Positions 29,482 through 40,600 of a DNA stretch of 64,000 nucleotides are shown here, one piece after another (positions within the stretch are counted from its first letter, which is position 1; each line of letters starts with the position of its first letter). Origin of the DNA: Candidatus Hermodarchaeota archaeon (GTDB lineage Archaea > Asgardarchaeota > Hermodarchaeia > Hermodarchaeales > Hermodarchaeaceae); assembly GCA_016839805.1 (NCBI GenBank), contig JAEOTO010000015.1:50373-114372 (forward strand), written 5' to 3'. Below the pieces are notes generated by a model. The model was not told where the DNA came from. It was given only the letters and a program-made list of their open reading frames with translations, and did no database searches. Both the position numbers and the translations under genes were made by a program.

Positions 29482-29949
29482 TTACCAGATTTCAATCGCT
29501 TTCACATAACAACCTTGTTCACAGACTCGACAATTCATCCGATCTGGAGGAAACCGTCGGCATTTTTCGAGATTAATAATTTTTGCAGTGCCATTTTCAA
29601 CACGAAAAACCGTGTCTGTCGACCGAGCAGCTTTACCACTAGCTGTGTCAGGTTCCGCAGAGGCATCTACAGGACATACGACGACACAGTTCCCACAACC
29701 GGTACACATGGTATCATCAAGTTTAACTCCCGTTTCTTCAGCAGCCAGTAAGGGTGTTATTAATTCATTGATGGTGGCAAGCTGGGTAGCATATTGTGGG
29801 TTCTCATGAAGAGGTGGACAATCCTTGAGTTCGACCTCGCGAAGAGCTAGACGTGTCGCAAAAGCCATACAGGTCATTCCACATTGTTTGCAATTGGTTT
29901 GGGGAAGGAGTTTATACAATTGCATTGGATTGAGCTTTTTGTCAACCAT
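29482..29949 (-). CDS. fwdG: FwdG-like ferredoxin fused to an N-terminal CdhE/RnfB-type Fe-S domain
   Basis: LPQTNCKQCG.TCMAFA...CP, then CTGCGNCVVVCP...C....C..C...C; directly upstream of fwdB. Confidence 0.75.
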   Translation of the reverse strand: MVDKKLNPMQLYKLLPQTNCKQCGMTCMAFATRLALREVELKDCPPLHENPQYATQLATINELITPLLAAEETGVKLDDTMCTGCGNCVVVCPVDASAEPDTASGKAARSTDTVFRVENGTAKIINLEKCRRFPPDRMNCRVCEQGCYVKAIEIW

Positions 29950-30116
29950 TCGATCACGACACAGTTCTTAAGTAATCTTGAACCTGTGTGTACCTTTATC
30001 TGTTCGGTAACGACTATATGATTTGTTGTAGTGTTTGCCTCAATAATTAAATCAGAAGATGGTAAGGTAAGAAGTGTTATAGCGTCTCATGTTGCATCGA
30101 AACATGGCATAGTCAT

Positions 30117-32579
30117 ATGGTGACATCCGTGTCAAAGTCCACAAAGCGAAAAAAGGCCAAACAAAAAACTTCGCGTAGGAAACCCCGGAAGCAATCTACA
30201 CCTCAAGGGGCCCTATTCATTTGTCATTGTGGAAGCAATATTGAAAGTGTTATTGATATTGATCAACTGAAACAGTATTACAAGACGCGACCTAATCTCA
30301 TTGTGGTGGATGATGCACACTTTTGTGTTGAACAGGGACTCAATTCGATTCGTGATACAATTCGAGACAATAAAGTTGACCATGTGGTTGTAGCGGCCTG
30401 TTCTCCTCATCTTCATGGAGAATTAATGAGTCAAACCGTAGAAGAGGCTGGATTGAATCGAGGGCACCTTGCTATTGCTAACATTCGTGAACAGTGTAGT
30501 TGGGTCCATTATGGTGACCCGGAAGCAGCGACCACGAAGGCTCGTTTGATGATTGATGCCGCTATGAAAATGGCTGAGCATAGTCTACCTCTCCATTCAA
30601 TTGATATTCCTATAACAAAACGAGTCCTAGTGATTGGTGGAGGAGTTGCTGGTATTATCACCTCATTACAACTTGCCAATGCCGGCTATGAAGTAATTCT
30701 TGTTGAAAAAACGGGTTTCTTGGGAGGTCACATGGCTAAATGGGACAAGTTGTTCCCAAGTTTGGATTGCAGTTTATGCATTCTAGGACCCATAATGACT
30801 CAGGTTAACACCCATCCCAAAATCAAAACATTAACCCTTAGTGAAATCACAGATGTCCAGGGAACTCCTGGTGCGTATGATGTCCAGATCCACCAAGAAC
30901 CTCGTTATGTCGATTTAGAAACCTGTAACGGCTGTAATAAATGTCTTGAAATTTGTCCGATAGAAGAACCCAACGAGTATAATTATGGCTTGGGATCTCG
31001 CCGAGCGATTATCCGACCCTTTCCAAATTCAGTTCCGCTTGCTCCATACATCGATATGGACGCATGTGTCGGCTGTCAATCGTGTGTCGGTGTGTGCGAA
31101 AAGGAATCTATTCGATTCGAAGATATAGATCGTGATTATACATTCAAAGTGGGTGCCATCGTAGTTGCAACAGGATTCCAACCATTTAACCCACAATCAT
31201 TAGCTGAGTATGGGTATGAGAGATATACTGATGTTATTACCGCACCAGAATTGGAACGATTAATGAATCCCACAGGGCCTACAAATGGGATTGTTGTTAA
31301 TCCATCCACTGGTAAGCAACCGAATAAGGTCGCCTTCGTGCAATGTGTCGGGAGTCGCGATATTCGAATTGGTCGACCTTATTGTAGCCGAATCTGTTGT
31401 ACTTACGCTGTCAAGGAAGCAGTGCAACTGCGTTTAGCTCAACCAGAAACGGATGTATACATTTTCTATACCGATATGCGAACCTTTGGCAAAGGTTTCG
31501 AAGAACTATATGAACGAGCGGCACGAGAACATGGTATCACATTCATTCGCGGTCGTGTAGCAGAAGTCGAAGAGGATCCTCAAACAAAGAAGCTCATTAT
31601 ACGTGCAGAGGATACCGAACTTTGTGAACCTATTGAGCTACCAGTTGACATGGTAGTATTAAGCGTGGGAGTTGATCCTTCACCCACCAACGCGAAGCTC
31701 GCAACCATACTTAATATTCCCCTAGATGAAAATAACTTCTTTCTTGAGAAACATCCCAAACTCGACCCAACAGGAACCTATTCCACTGGCATTTTTCTTG
31801 CTGGAAATTCACAGGGTCCAAAGGATATTGCAGATACAGTGGCTCATGCCGGATTAGCTGCAGCTCAGGTTTCCGCCTTACTTCATCGGCGTAAGCTTTC
31901 ACTTGAAGTGATCGCCCCACTTTTGGTGGATGCAAATCTGTGTGAGGGATGTAGGCTGTGTGAAAAAACCTGTGATGCCAATGCCATCTCCTTTGAAAAT
32001 TCTTCTCTTCCAGAAATTGATGAACTAGCATGTACTGGGTGTGGAGCATGTGTTGCAGCCTGTCCTACTGGTGCTCTAGACCTCCCAGGATATACGCGTC
32101 AACAATTGATGGCAGCGGTAAATGCGGCCTGTACTGACAACCCATTCCAACCCGTTATTATTGGCTTCCTCTGTAACTGGTGTGCTTATACAGCTGCAGA
32201 TAGCGCGGGAGTGAATCGTTTGCGATATCCTCCCCAACTCATTCCTATTCGAGTACCGTGCAGTAGTCGTTTAGATCCACTGCTGATTCTTGAGGCTTTT
32301 AGTCAAGGAGCTGATGGTGTAGCGATTTTGGGGTGTCATGACACTGATTGTCATTACAGGACTGGTGTTGCAAAAGCGAAAACGCGTATTGATAACCTGC
32401 TTCCTCTCCTTGGTGAGATGGGGATTAGTGTTGATCGGATTTTCTTTGGAAGCACCGCAGCGTCAGAAGCTGGACATCTTCAAGAACTCATCTCTGACTT
32501 TGTGAAATTTATTGCTGAGTTGGGTCCACTAGGTGCCGAATTAACAGTGACGACAAAAACTCGTAAGCATAGAAGATGA
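30117..32579 (+). CDS. hdrA: Heterodisulfide reductase subunit A fused to MvhD
   Basis: CHCG.NI, ACSP, NIREQCSWVH, GGGVAG, QCVGSRD, YCSRICC, GPKDI; C-terminal GFLCNWCAY, RVPC, DGV...GC...DCHY. Confidence 0.93.
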   Translation: MVTSVSKSTKRKKAKQKTSRRKPRKQSTPQGALFICHCGSNIESVIDIDQLKQYYKTRPNLIVVDDAHFCVEQGLNSIRDTIRDNKVDHVVVAACSPHLHGELMSQTVEEAGLNRGHLAIANIREQCSWVHYGDPEAATTKARLMIDAAMKMAEHSLPLHSIDIPITKRVLVIGGGVAGIITSLQLANAGYEVILVEKTGFLGGHMAKWDKLFPSLDCSLCILGPIMTQVNTHPKIKTLTLSEITDVQGTPGAYDVQIHQEPRYVDLETCNGCNKCLEICPIEEPNEYNYGLGSRRAIIRPFPNSVPLAPYIDMDACVGCQSCVGVCEKESIRFEDIDRDYTFKVGAIVVATGFQPFNPQSLAEYGYERYTDVITAPELERLMNPTGPTNGIVVNPSTGKQPNKVAFVQCVGSRDIRIGRPYCSRICCTYAVKEAVQLRLAQPETDVYIFYTDMRTFGKGFEELYERAAREHGITFIRGRVAEVEEDPQTKKLIIRAEDTELCEPIELPVDMVVLSVGVDPSPTNAKLATILNIPLDENNFFLEKHPKLDPTGTYSTGIFLAGNSQGPKDIADTVAHAGLAAAQVSALLHRRKLSLEVIAPLLVDANLCEGCRLCEKTCDANAISFENSSLPEIDELACTGCGACVAACPTGALDLPGYTRQQLMAAVNAACTDNPFQPVIIGFLCNWCAYTAADSAGVNRLRYPPQLIPIRVPCSSRLDPLLILEAFSQGADGVAILGCHDTDCHYRTGVAKAKTRIDNLLPLLGEMGISVDRIFFGSTAASEAGHLQELISDFVKFIAELGPLGAELTVTTKTRKHRR

Positions 32580-32693
32580 AGGCTTATAGTTGGTTTCGCT
32601 CTCCTATTAGACCAAGTCTAGGATGGCAACAACCATTAAAGGTGTTAATTTGTAAGGCTAGAATAAGAACCTCTATTTGAAGAGATGCTCTAG

Positions 32694-34178
32694 ATGACCA
32701 AAGCGCAAAGGGACCGCATCATTGTTGGTGAACGCCCCAAAGTAACCAGTGAGGTTCTTGACGATACTAATATCCGCTATAATTGGAAAACCTCAATTCT
32801 TTATAAAAATCTGAAATATGACTTATCCCGTTGTGTTGGGTGCAGTCTCTGTCTTCCTTGTCCCTGGGATGCTATTACTTTAGGACCCGTTCAGGAAATT
32901 GCAGCAGGACGCCTTGAGGGCGCTCCCTTGATTTTGATTGATGAGGATAAATGTACTTTCTGTGGGTTATGTGATTCAGCCTGTCTTTTCAATGCCATAG
33001 AAGCTCGATTTGATGATATACCCGCAGATGCCCAATATTCTCGTTTAAAGGGAAAACATGAACTTGACGAGGACAAATGTGCCCCCTGTCTGCTTTGCGC
33101 GAAAATCTGTCCAAGGGATGCAATATCCGTTGATCTGAAGGTTACACCTAAAACCGAACTCGTTCAATACAAGAATCCCAAAGCGGCCCAACGTGTAGCC
33201 GATGGTGTCCCTGATGCAAAAGGCTCAATAAAAATTGACGAGGACAAATGTACCTGGTGTGGACTATGCGAACTACTTTGCCCGGAATGTATCACTATCT
33301 ACTGGCTTGAAGAGAAGCCCAAACCTCCTGATTTTACTGCAGCTGTTGGCATCAGGGTAGACACCAAATATTGTGACTATTGTGGTCTATGCGAAAAGAT
33401 CTGTCCCTCTGATGCTGTTCATGTTGAATGTGAGAGTTCACCACACCGTACCATTAAAGATCCAGAAGTCGATGGCACCATGACCATTGATGACGGATTG
33501 TGCGTGGATTGTACGCTTTGCGCTGATAAATGCCCTTATGAAGCCCTTGATGTCACTCTCCCCTTAACTGGAGCTATTGAGATTCAAAACCTCGAAAAAT
33601 GTGATCCCACAGGCTGTGTTAATTGCTTCAATATCTGTCCAACAAAAGCTATCTATGCCACAGGAGATAAGGACAAAATCGCAATAAATGAAGAGATCTG
33701 TGTTTTTTGTGGGGCATGCGAAAATGCATGTCCCGAACAGGTTCTGAAGGTGACACGTGACAGTTATCAATTGTCTCAACTTGAGAAAGCTCGGGACTGG
33801 GAACGCGCTCGCGCACACAGATTCTATGACCACTTAATCGGACGTGATATTCCACCCAACGATATCTACGAGCGAATCATTAAGGTCCCCCCAGTAAAAC
33901 ATCCACCTGGGGTACAGACCAAAACGGAAAAGTGGTCTACAGATACAGCAAGCCGCCATTTAGCCCAAGACCGAATTCAAAAACTACAACAAATCATCCG
34001 AAAGAATTGGCGGCTTCGACTACTCTTTGAAAGAGGTCGCATTGATCCGCTCTGTACTGCGGTCCAAAAAGAGGTTAATAACAAAAAAATATCTAAAAGT
34101 AAAAGCAACACAGCGCCTGTAAAACACAAGGACCCAGCAAAAAAATATAGTAAAAAAACTAGACCCAAAACCCGATGA
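32694..34178 (+). CDS. fwdF: Polyferredoxin, FwdF-like
   Basis: About eight CxxCxxCxxxCP-type motifs; lies among fwd-like genes. Confidence 0.75.
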   Translation: MTKAQRDRIIVGERPKVTSEVLDDTNIRYNWKTSILYKNLKYDLSRCVGCSLCLPCPWDAITLGPVQEIAAGRLEGAPLILIDEDKCTFCGLCDSACLFNAIEARFDDIPADAQYSRLKGKHELDEDKCAPCLLCAKICPRDAISVDLKVTPKTELVQYKNPKAAQRVADGVPDAKGSIKIDEDKCTWCGLCELLCPECITIYWLEEKPKPPDFTAAVGIRVDTKYCDYCGLCEKICPSDAVHVECESSPHRTIKDPEVDGTMTIDDGLCVDCTLCADKCPYEALDVTLPLTGAIEIQNLEKCDPTGCVNCFNICPTKAIYATGDKDKIAINEEICVFCGACENACPEQVLKVTRDSYQLSQLEKARDWERARAHRFYDHLIGRDIPPNDIYERIIKVPPVKHPPGVQTKTEKWSTDTASRHLAQDRIQKLQQIIRKNWRLRLLFERGRIDPLCTAVQKEVNNKKISKSKSNTAPVKHKDPAKKYSKKTRPKTR

Positions 34179-34180
34179 TC

Positions 34181-34558
34181 TTAGGGTAATTCCTTGATTT
34201 TGGTAAGGGGTCCCTTACTGGGTTTAATAATGACCGTTGTGCCCTGGCTAGGGATCATGGATTCAATGACCGCGTATGCCCAAGGACTGGGTTGCATAAC
34301 CACAATGCTTTCCGGTTGTTCTTCTTTCAATTTCGCTGCCACAACCACAGAACCAATTTTCGAACCCACCTCGACAAAATCGCCTTCTTTTATATCCAAT
34401 CGCTGTGCATCACGAGTCGAGAGAGTAATTTGGGCTGCGACCTTCTCGTATTCTTTGGATATTGTTCCTTGACTTATCTGAACCACATCGACATCCAGTG
34501 CCCGGGCTAGAACTAATTGCGCTTCTATCTGTGGGTAAAGGAAATCACGCAGTGCCAA
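34181..34558 (-). CDS. fwdD: Molybdopterin dinucleotide-binding domain protein, FwdD-like (divergent)
   Basis: DA.RL.I.EGD.VEV.S..GSVVV, M..SPWA. Confidence 0.75.
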   Translation of the reverse strand: MALRDFLYPQIEAQLVLARALDVDVVQISQGTISKEYEKVAAQITLSTRDAQRLDIKEGDFVEVGSKIGSVVVAAKLKEEQPESIVVMQPSPWAYAVIESMIPSQGTTVIIKPSKGPLTKIKELP

Positions 34559-34692
34559 GATTATTCACCAATACTACCTTATACAAACAAGACCCCTTTT
34601 TTCCTCTTTTCATAATTCAACAGAAAGCATAATAGGCTCAAACCATCAGCGGAAGCACGGGAAATTCACGCAGTTAACTCTGGAGAAGAATA

Positions 34693-35373
34693 ATGGTGGC
34701 CTATTCTAGTGTAACTCGTCCATTACAACCCTTTATGACATACACGCTGATTCTGTTAAACACCACCATTTTCATTCTGCAAACCATGTATTTCCCACTC
34801 ACTTACCTCTTTGCCATGTACCCCATCCAAATAGTAACAGGGCAGAACCTCCATACCCTCATTACAAGCACCTTCTTGCACGCCGACTTCTTCCACCTGC
34901 TCATTAACATGTATTTTCTCTACATCTTTGGAAGCGTTGTCGAACGCGAAATGCACCCCTTAACCTACCTCCTCCTCTACACCCTCGCTGGAATAATCGG
35001 TGGACTTGGTCATATTCTCATCGTTTTTACTATTAGTCTGCCCCTCGACCCATTAGGACCCCTTATCCCCACCATTGGCGCATCAGGTGCCATCTTTGGA
35101 ATAATGGCTGCATACGCCTATCTCCTTCCTCGACGGCCTGTCGGAGTATATGGTGCCACACGCACAATGGGCGCATGGAATCTCATCATCTTCTATTTCA
35201 TCATCGAAGTTATGTCAATTTTCATCTCAATTGGCAGTGGTGTTGCCCATGGTGCTCATGTTTTTGGCTTTGTCGGGGGTTACCTTTTTGCCCTCTTGTA
35301 TCGAAACATTCGTTTACAAATGAATCGACGAAAACCCGGTGCAGAATACGATCCCTATGAGTACTATGTATGA
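34693..35373 (+). CDS. Rhomboid intramembrane serine protease
   Basis: FLHA...HL..NM, GASGA, AH..G. Confidence 0.93.
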   Translation: MVAYSSVTRPLQPFMTYTLILLNTTIFILQTMYFPLTYLFAMYPIQIVTGQNLHTLITSTFLHADFFHLLINMYFLYIFGSVVEREMHPLTYLLLYTLAGIIGGLGHILIVFTISLPLDPLGPLIPTIGASGAIFGIMAAYAYLLPRRPVGVYGATRTMGAWNLIIFYFIIEVMSIFISIGSGVAHGAHVFGFVGGYLFALLYRNIRLQMNRRKPGAEYDPYEYYV

Positions 35374-35381
35374 GGTCGTAG

Positions 35382-36071
35382 GTGGACGTAATGGCAAAGC
35401 ATGATACGGTTGCAGTTATTCCGATACGGTTTGTACCATCACCAAAGCACCGGCTTGCTGAAATTTTTGATGAGCGTTCTCGTCAGCAATTAACTGAAGC
35501 AATGCTTGAAGATGTATTGACTGCAATTAAGACCTCTACGGGAATAACGAAGGTCGTTATTGTTACAAATAATGAGAACATACAATTGATTTCAAATCTT
35601 GAAGGCTTTGATGTTATTAAGACCCGAATTTCGGATCTAAATACTGAATTATTAGACGCAGCTAGTTCATTATCAAAAGCGGGTTGGAAATGGGTAATCA
35701 TCGTTTTAGCTGATCTTCCACTTGTTAAGGGTGAAATCCTTGATCAAATCATTCTTCATGGTCAAAAGAAAGAAAAATCGATTATCGCTCAGGATTGGCG
35801 AGGGACTGGAACGAATATTCTTTTTACAAAACTCCCCTTTCAGTTTCACATCCATTTTGGTCACCAAAGCTTTAAGGCTCATATAGCAGAGTTCGAAAAG
35901 AACAATCACCAGTGGCTGAGTTTTCATTCCCTAGAATCCGCATTGGATATTGATGACCTTGAGGCTATCCAAAAATTCATGTTTCTAGCACAAAAAAAAC
36001 CTGCAATCCAAGCTACTAATACGTATCAAATACTTCTCACTCTTCACTCAAAGGTTAACAAGAAAGAGTAG
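35382..36071 (+). CDS. cofC: 2-phospho-L-lactate/PEP guanylyltransferase (F420 biosynthesis)
   Basis: K.RLA, AMLEDVL, ADLPL, GTGTN, FG..SF..H, LDIDD. Confidence 0.85.
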   Translation: MDVMAKHDTVAVIPIRFVPSPKHRLAEIFDERSRQQLTEAMLEDVLTAIKTSTGITKVVIVTNNENIQLISNLEGFDVIKTRISDLNTELLDAASSLSKAGWKWVIIVLADLPLVKGEILDQIILHGQKKEKSIIAQDWRGTGTNILFTKLPFQFHIHFGHQSFKAHIAEFEKNNHQWLSFHSLESALDIDDLEAIQKFMFLAQKKPAIQATNTYQILLTLHSKVNKKE

Positions 36072-36086
36072 AAAAGGTGAAGGGTC

Positions 36087-37442
36087 CTAGTCTTTCTTTG
36101 TTTTTTCCTCTTCTTCATTGGTAGCCTCAAGGGTTGGGTCAAGGTCAATGAAGAACAGAATAATCACTGCGATGATTACTGTTGGAGTATAGATGGGGCC
36201 AAACCAGAAATATGAAAGGATTTCTGAGCCAACTAGCATGAATGAGAGCCAAGCAATGTAGCCAAGAAGGAACGCAGAAAACGCTTGAAAGACATTTAGT
36301 GGAACGCCCATGAATCCGTCGTAAATCCCAGCGCGGGCTTCGCCGGTTTCGATTTCATCTTTATGTGCGATGTCAGCTGGTACCACGTATTTCATGATAT
36401 AATAGCAAGCCATGCAGGAAAACAATGGTACACCGTAAATCATTATTTTCACAATGCTTGGTATTGGAAAATAGGGGATGATGAGTGTGAAAGGAAGTAG
36501 GATTGCGAGGAGGATCATGGCGACAATGAGAGTATTGCGTTTCCCTATGCGTTTCATAAGTAAAGGCCAGATAAAGAGAAATATAAGAATGGTAAGAATC
36601 GCAGCTACTCCCATGATAATCAGTTCTTCAATACTACTATATCCAATGACATTTTCAAGAAATCCGACGATCTGATTCGTCATAGCCGCAAACGTAAAGG
36701 AGAGAAATCCGACAGCCAGAATCCAACCGACGTAGGTTCGGTTCCTCAAAATCACAGACATTTCTCGTTTGAGATTGCGTTCAGGCGGTTTAAGACCTGG
36801 TCGTTCTTTGACGAAGACTATAGTAGGGATATAGAAGATGACTTCAATAAGGGCAATTGAAAAAACAATGGTAAGCATTAGAGATGTGGGTGCTCCTGCA
36901 ATGAAGAGGAGGGGAGTCGATGCTAGTAGGCCAATGAAGGCTCCAGAGCCATCTGCAATCCAATTGGATACATTCTGAATACTTGAGACGTTAGCTCGTT
37001 CTGGTCCCTCTGTAATTTCAGGCATCATGGCTTGATATGGGGTTAAAAGAATGCCATAGGCGAATCGGAATAAACACAAAAATAGTAGATAGTATCCGAA
37101 AAGGGCGTATTGAATCATTGGGTCAGGTGATCCAATTGGGAAAAAGAAATGGGGAATAAAAAGGAATATTGCACCAATTGCCAGTAATGGCGCTCCTATC
37201 ATTATGAAAGGTTTTCGTCGACCAAATCGAGTATGGATTGAGTCGCTATAGAATCCAACTAGCCAGTGCGATAAACCAATTACAATATATGAAATTCCTA
37301 GACTAATACCGTTAAGTCGCCAATCCAGTGCAAAAACAGTTCCGTATACATAGAACGCTGTTAATGAGATCAATGTTAGAAGAAAGGAAGACCCGAACCG
37401 GGCCATACCATATGCGACCCGTTTTGAATATGGAAGCACCAC
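36087..37442 (-). CDS. MFS transporter (MelB/GPH-like)
   Basis: SD...TRFGRRKPF, PY.A..PE...ER; about 12 TM segments. Confidence 0.88.
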   Translation of the reverse strand: MVLPYSKRVAYGMARFGSSFLLTLISLTAFYVYGTVFALDWRLNGISLGISYIVIGLSHWLVGFYSDSIHTRFGRRKPFIMIGAPLLAIGAIFLFIPHFFFPIGSPDPMIQYALFGYYLLFLCLFRFAYGILLTPYQAMMPEITEGPERANVSSIQNVSNWIADGSGAFIGLLASTPLLFIAGAPTSLMLTIVFSIALIEVIFYIPTIVFVKERPGLKPPERNLKREMSVILRNRTYVGWILAVGFLSFTFAAMTNQIVGFLENVIGYSSIEELIIMGVAAILTILIFLFIWPLLMKRIGKRNTLIVAMILLAILLPFTLIIPYFPIPSIVKIMIYGVPLFSCMACYYIMKYVVPADIAHKDEIETGEARAGIYDGFMGVPLNVFQAFSAFLLGYIAWLSFMLVGSEILSYFWFGPIYTPTVIIAVIILFFIDLDPTLEATNEEEEKTKKD

Positions 37443-37689
37443 AGAGGCTCACCAACCGATGGGGAATCAACACTACTTTCAGAGGTGGGCTTTAAGTTGG
37501 TATGCTTGTCTAAAATCTACTAGAAAAAACACCATTATTCTTGTTATTGAATTTTGAGTAGTTTGAATAAAAAAATTGGCTGAAAAATCAATACGTTTAT
37601 TAGGTGCCTAACTGGTCGTGGAAGCAGTTAGAGCTGATGAGCTATAGCTACAAATAGAAATACTCCTACTTAGATTGAGGCTAATTTCA

Positions 37690-40600
37690 ATGTCAAATAA
37701 ATGGGTGTACTTGTTTAGCGAAGGTAACAAGGACATGCGTGACCTACTCGGTGGCAAAGGAGCGAACCTAGCAGAAATGACGAACGCTGGGTTACCTGTT
37801 CCACCAGGATTTACAATCACCACCGAGGCGTGTAATGCGTATTTTGCTAATGATAAACAGTTTCCTGAAGGTATGTGGGACCAAGTCCTTACAGCCATAA
37901 AAACTCTTGAAAAACAAACAGGAAAACGCCTTGGAGATCCAGCAAATCCGCTTCTCGTCTCAGCCCGCTCTGGAGCTCGAGTATCCATGCCGGGCATGAT
38001 GGATACAGTGCTTAACATTGGGTTTAATCAAAAGGTATTAGACGGCTTTGCTAAACTCACAGGGAATATTCGAGTCGCCTGGGATGCGTACAGGCGTCTA
38101 ATTCAGATGTTTGGTAATATTGTAAAAGAAATTTCTCGTCATAAGTTCGAAGCCATTCTCGATGAATACAAGGCAAAAACTGAAGGTGGTCGGGACACCG
38201 ATTTATCCGTTGCAATGCTCAAAGAACTTGTGCGTGATTTCAAGGCGCTTTATCATACTGAACTGGGTGAAAAATTCCCTGATGAACCCCTAGAACAAAT
38301 CCGGCAAGCTATCGCTGCCGTATTCAATTCCTGGTTTGGGGCACCAGCAACCTCTTATCGGAATGCTGAAGGAATCCCCCATGATTGGGGAACTGCAGTC
38401 AACATTCAAACCATGGTCTTTGGCAACATGGGAGAACGAAGTGGAACTGGCGTCACTTTCACCCGCAATCCGGCAAGTGGTGAAAAGGAAGTATGGGGTG
38501 AATATCTCCTAAATGCTCAAGGCGAAGATGTCGTTGCAGGGATTCGCACACCTCAACCCATCTCCCACCTCAAAGAGGATCTACCCAAAATATGGGACGA
38601 ATTCATAAAAATCTCCGACCGCCTTGAACAGCATTACCGTGATATGCAGGATCTAGAGTTCACTATTGAACGCGATAAGTTGTATATGCTCCAAACGCGC
38701 ACTGGCAAGCGAACAGCTATAGCAGCGGTAAAAATTGCGGTCGATATGGTTCAAGAGGGACTTATCGAAAAGAATGAGGCGATTCTTCGAGTTAATCCCA
38801 GTCAAATTGATCAATTTCTCCACCCACGCTTCGATCCCGAAGCCGTTGAAGAAGCGAAAAATTCTGGACACTTAATTGCCCAAGGACTCAATGCTTCACC
38901 TGGTGCTGCGACGGGCATCGCAATTTTTGATGCAGATACAGCTGCTGAACGTGGACAAACCGGAGAAAAACTCATTCTTGTCCGACCAGAAACCAACCCT
39001 GATGATGTCCATGGAATGATCGAAGCCCAAGGAATACTCACTCAACGAGGAGGAATGACTTGTGTTGCGGGTGAAAGTAAAGTCTTAACAGATCAAGGTT
39101 TCATGACAGCAGAGGAGGCATTTCTTTGGTTGGCCGCTGGTAATCAATTACAAATTCTTGCATTCGATCACCAATCTCGCCGAACGATCTGGCGTAAGGT
39201 GATTGCGGCTGGTCAACGAATAGCCGATGTTTGTACTATCTCAGTTTCACAAACTGGACGTGCTAAAAAGAACATCCTCCGTTTAACCCCTAATCATAAA
39301 ATGTTCACGATTCAAAATCGTCAATTTCAGAAGAAAACACTAGAGGCTTGTCTTGAGGATAAAAATTTCTTATGTGTTATTGAAAATATACCTGCACTAA
39401 CTGAATCTTTAGTGAATGAATCAACATTAGCTTATACGGCAGGTGCAATTTTTACAGATGGTTATGTCAATCTTAAACCTACGAAGGGCAGTGTCACTTT
39501 TACTCAAAAAAGAACACCTGAAAAACAACCATTCATAGAAGCGGTTCGTTCGAAATTTAATGAAACCTTTGGATATTCTTTCACTTATCACCGAAATCGC
39601 CAGAGCGATGCAATTCTCGAAGGACGTAAAATTGAGGGAGAAGTGCAAGACCTAATATGCTTCCATCAAGAACCAGCTCAAATTCTATCGAATACTTGGA
39701 ATAATTTAGTGCCTTGGATGTTAACATTAGATAAGGAGTCATTATACTCTTTCCTAGCAGGAGTAATTGATGGAGATGGAACATTTAATGAAAAATCCAG
39801 CCGTGTCAACATCTTCATAGGCAAGGAAGAACTTCTACAAGGAGTTATTATTGCTTGCCTTCGTATTGGAATTCTACCTCAAATAACAAATAACCGCAGC
39901 ATTTTCAACATACAACTCCCAGTTGAATATTCTCCCATCTTTGAATATACCAAGCGAGTATTTGGAGCAGAAGAGAATCGCTTATACTCACATCGGCTTT
40001 TTTCTACACGATCACTTTTCACAGACATAATTGACAAAGTCAATTACAAAGGACGGGTTAAGGAGGCAATTAAACGGAATCTTATGTTTGGAGCAGATAA
40101 AATTGAACGTGATCTTCTCAGCCTTTGTGAACCACAAATTCAACAGGAACTTCAAGTAATCTTGGATTCTGATGTTCGGATGTACAGGATAAGCAAAGTG
40201 GATGAAACTGAAAAAACGGAAGTCTATAATTTTGAGGTCAATGCCACGAATGATTTAGATAAAAATTTCGTTGTGTTTTCGAGTCAATATACTCCTATAC
40301 TTGTAAGTAACTCTCACGCTGCCGTTGTTGCACGTGGTTGGGGCAAGGCTTGTGTTGCTGGATGTGAAACCATTTCCATTGACATGGATGCCCGAGCATT
40401 TCGCGTTGGGGACATTGTGATTCGTGAAGGTGATCCTATCTCCATTGATGGAACAACGGGCTCGGTCTTCAAGGGGGAAATTGGAACCATTGATGCCAGT
40501 TTTGATGAAGAAAGCGAGTTGGTTACACTTCTTTCTTGGGCTGATGATATTCGAAAATTAGGGGTATGGACGAATGCGGATAATCCCAAAGATGCAAGTC

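Noticed and set aside
28161-32579. Selenocysteine recoding in FwdB, HdrA or MvhD
   Set aside because: The ORFs are open with no in-frame TGA at the expected positions
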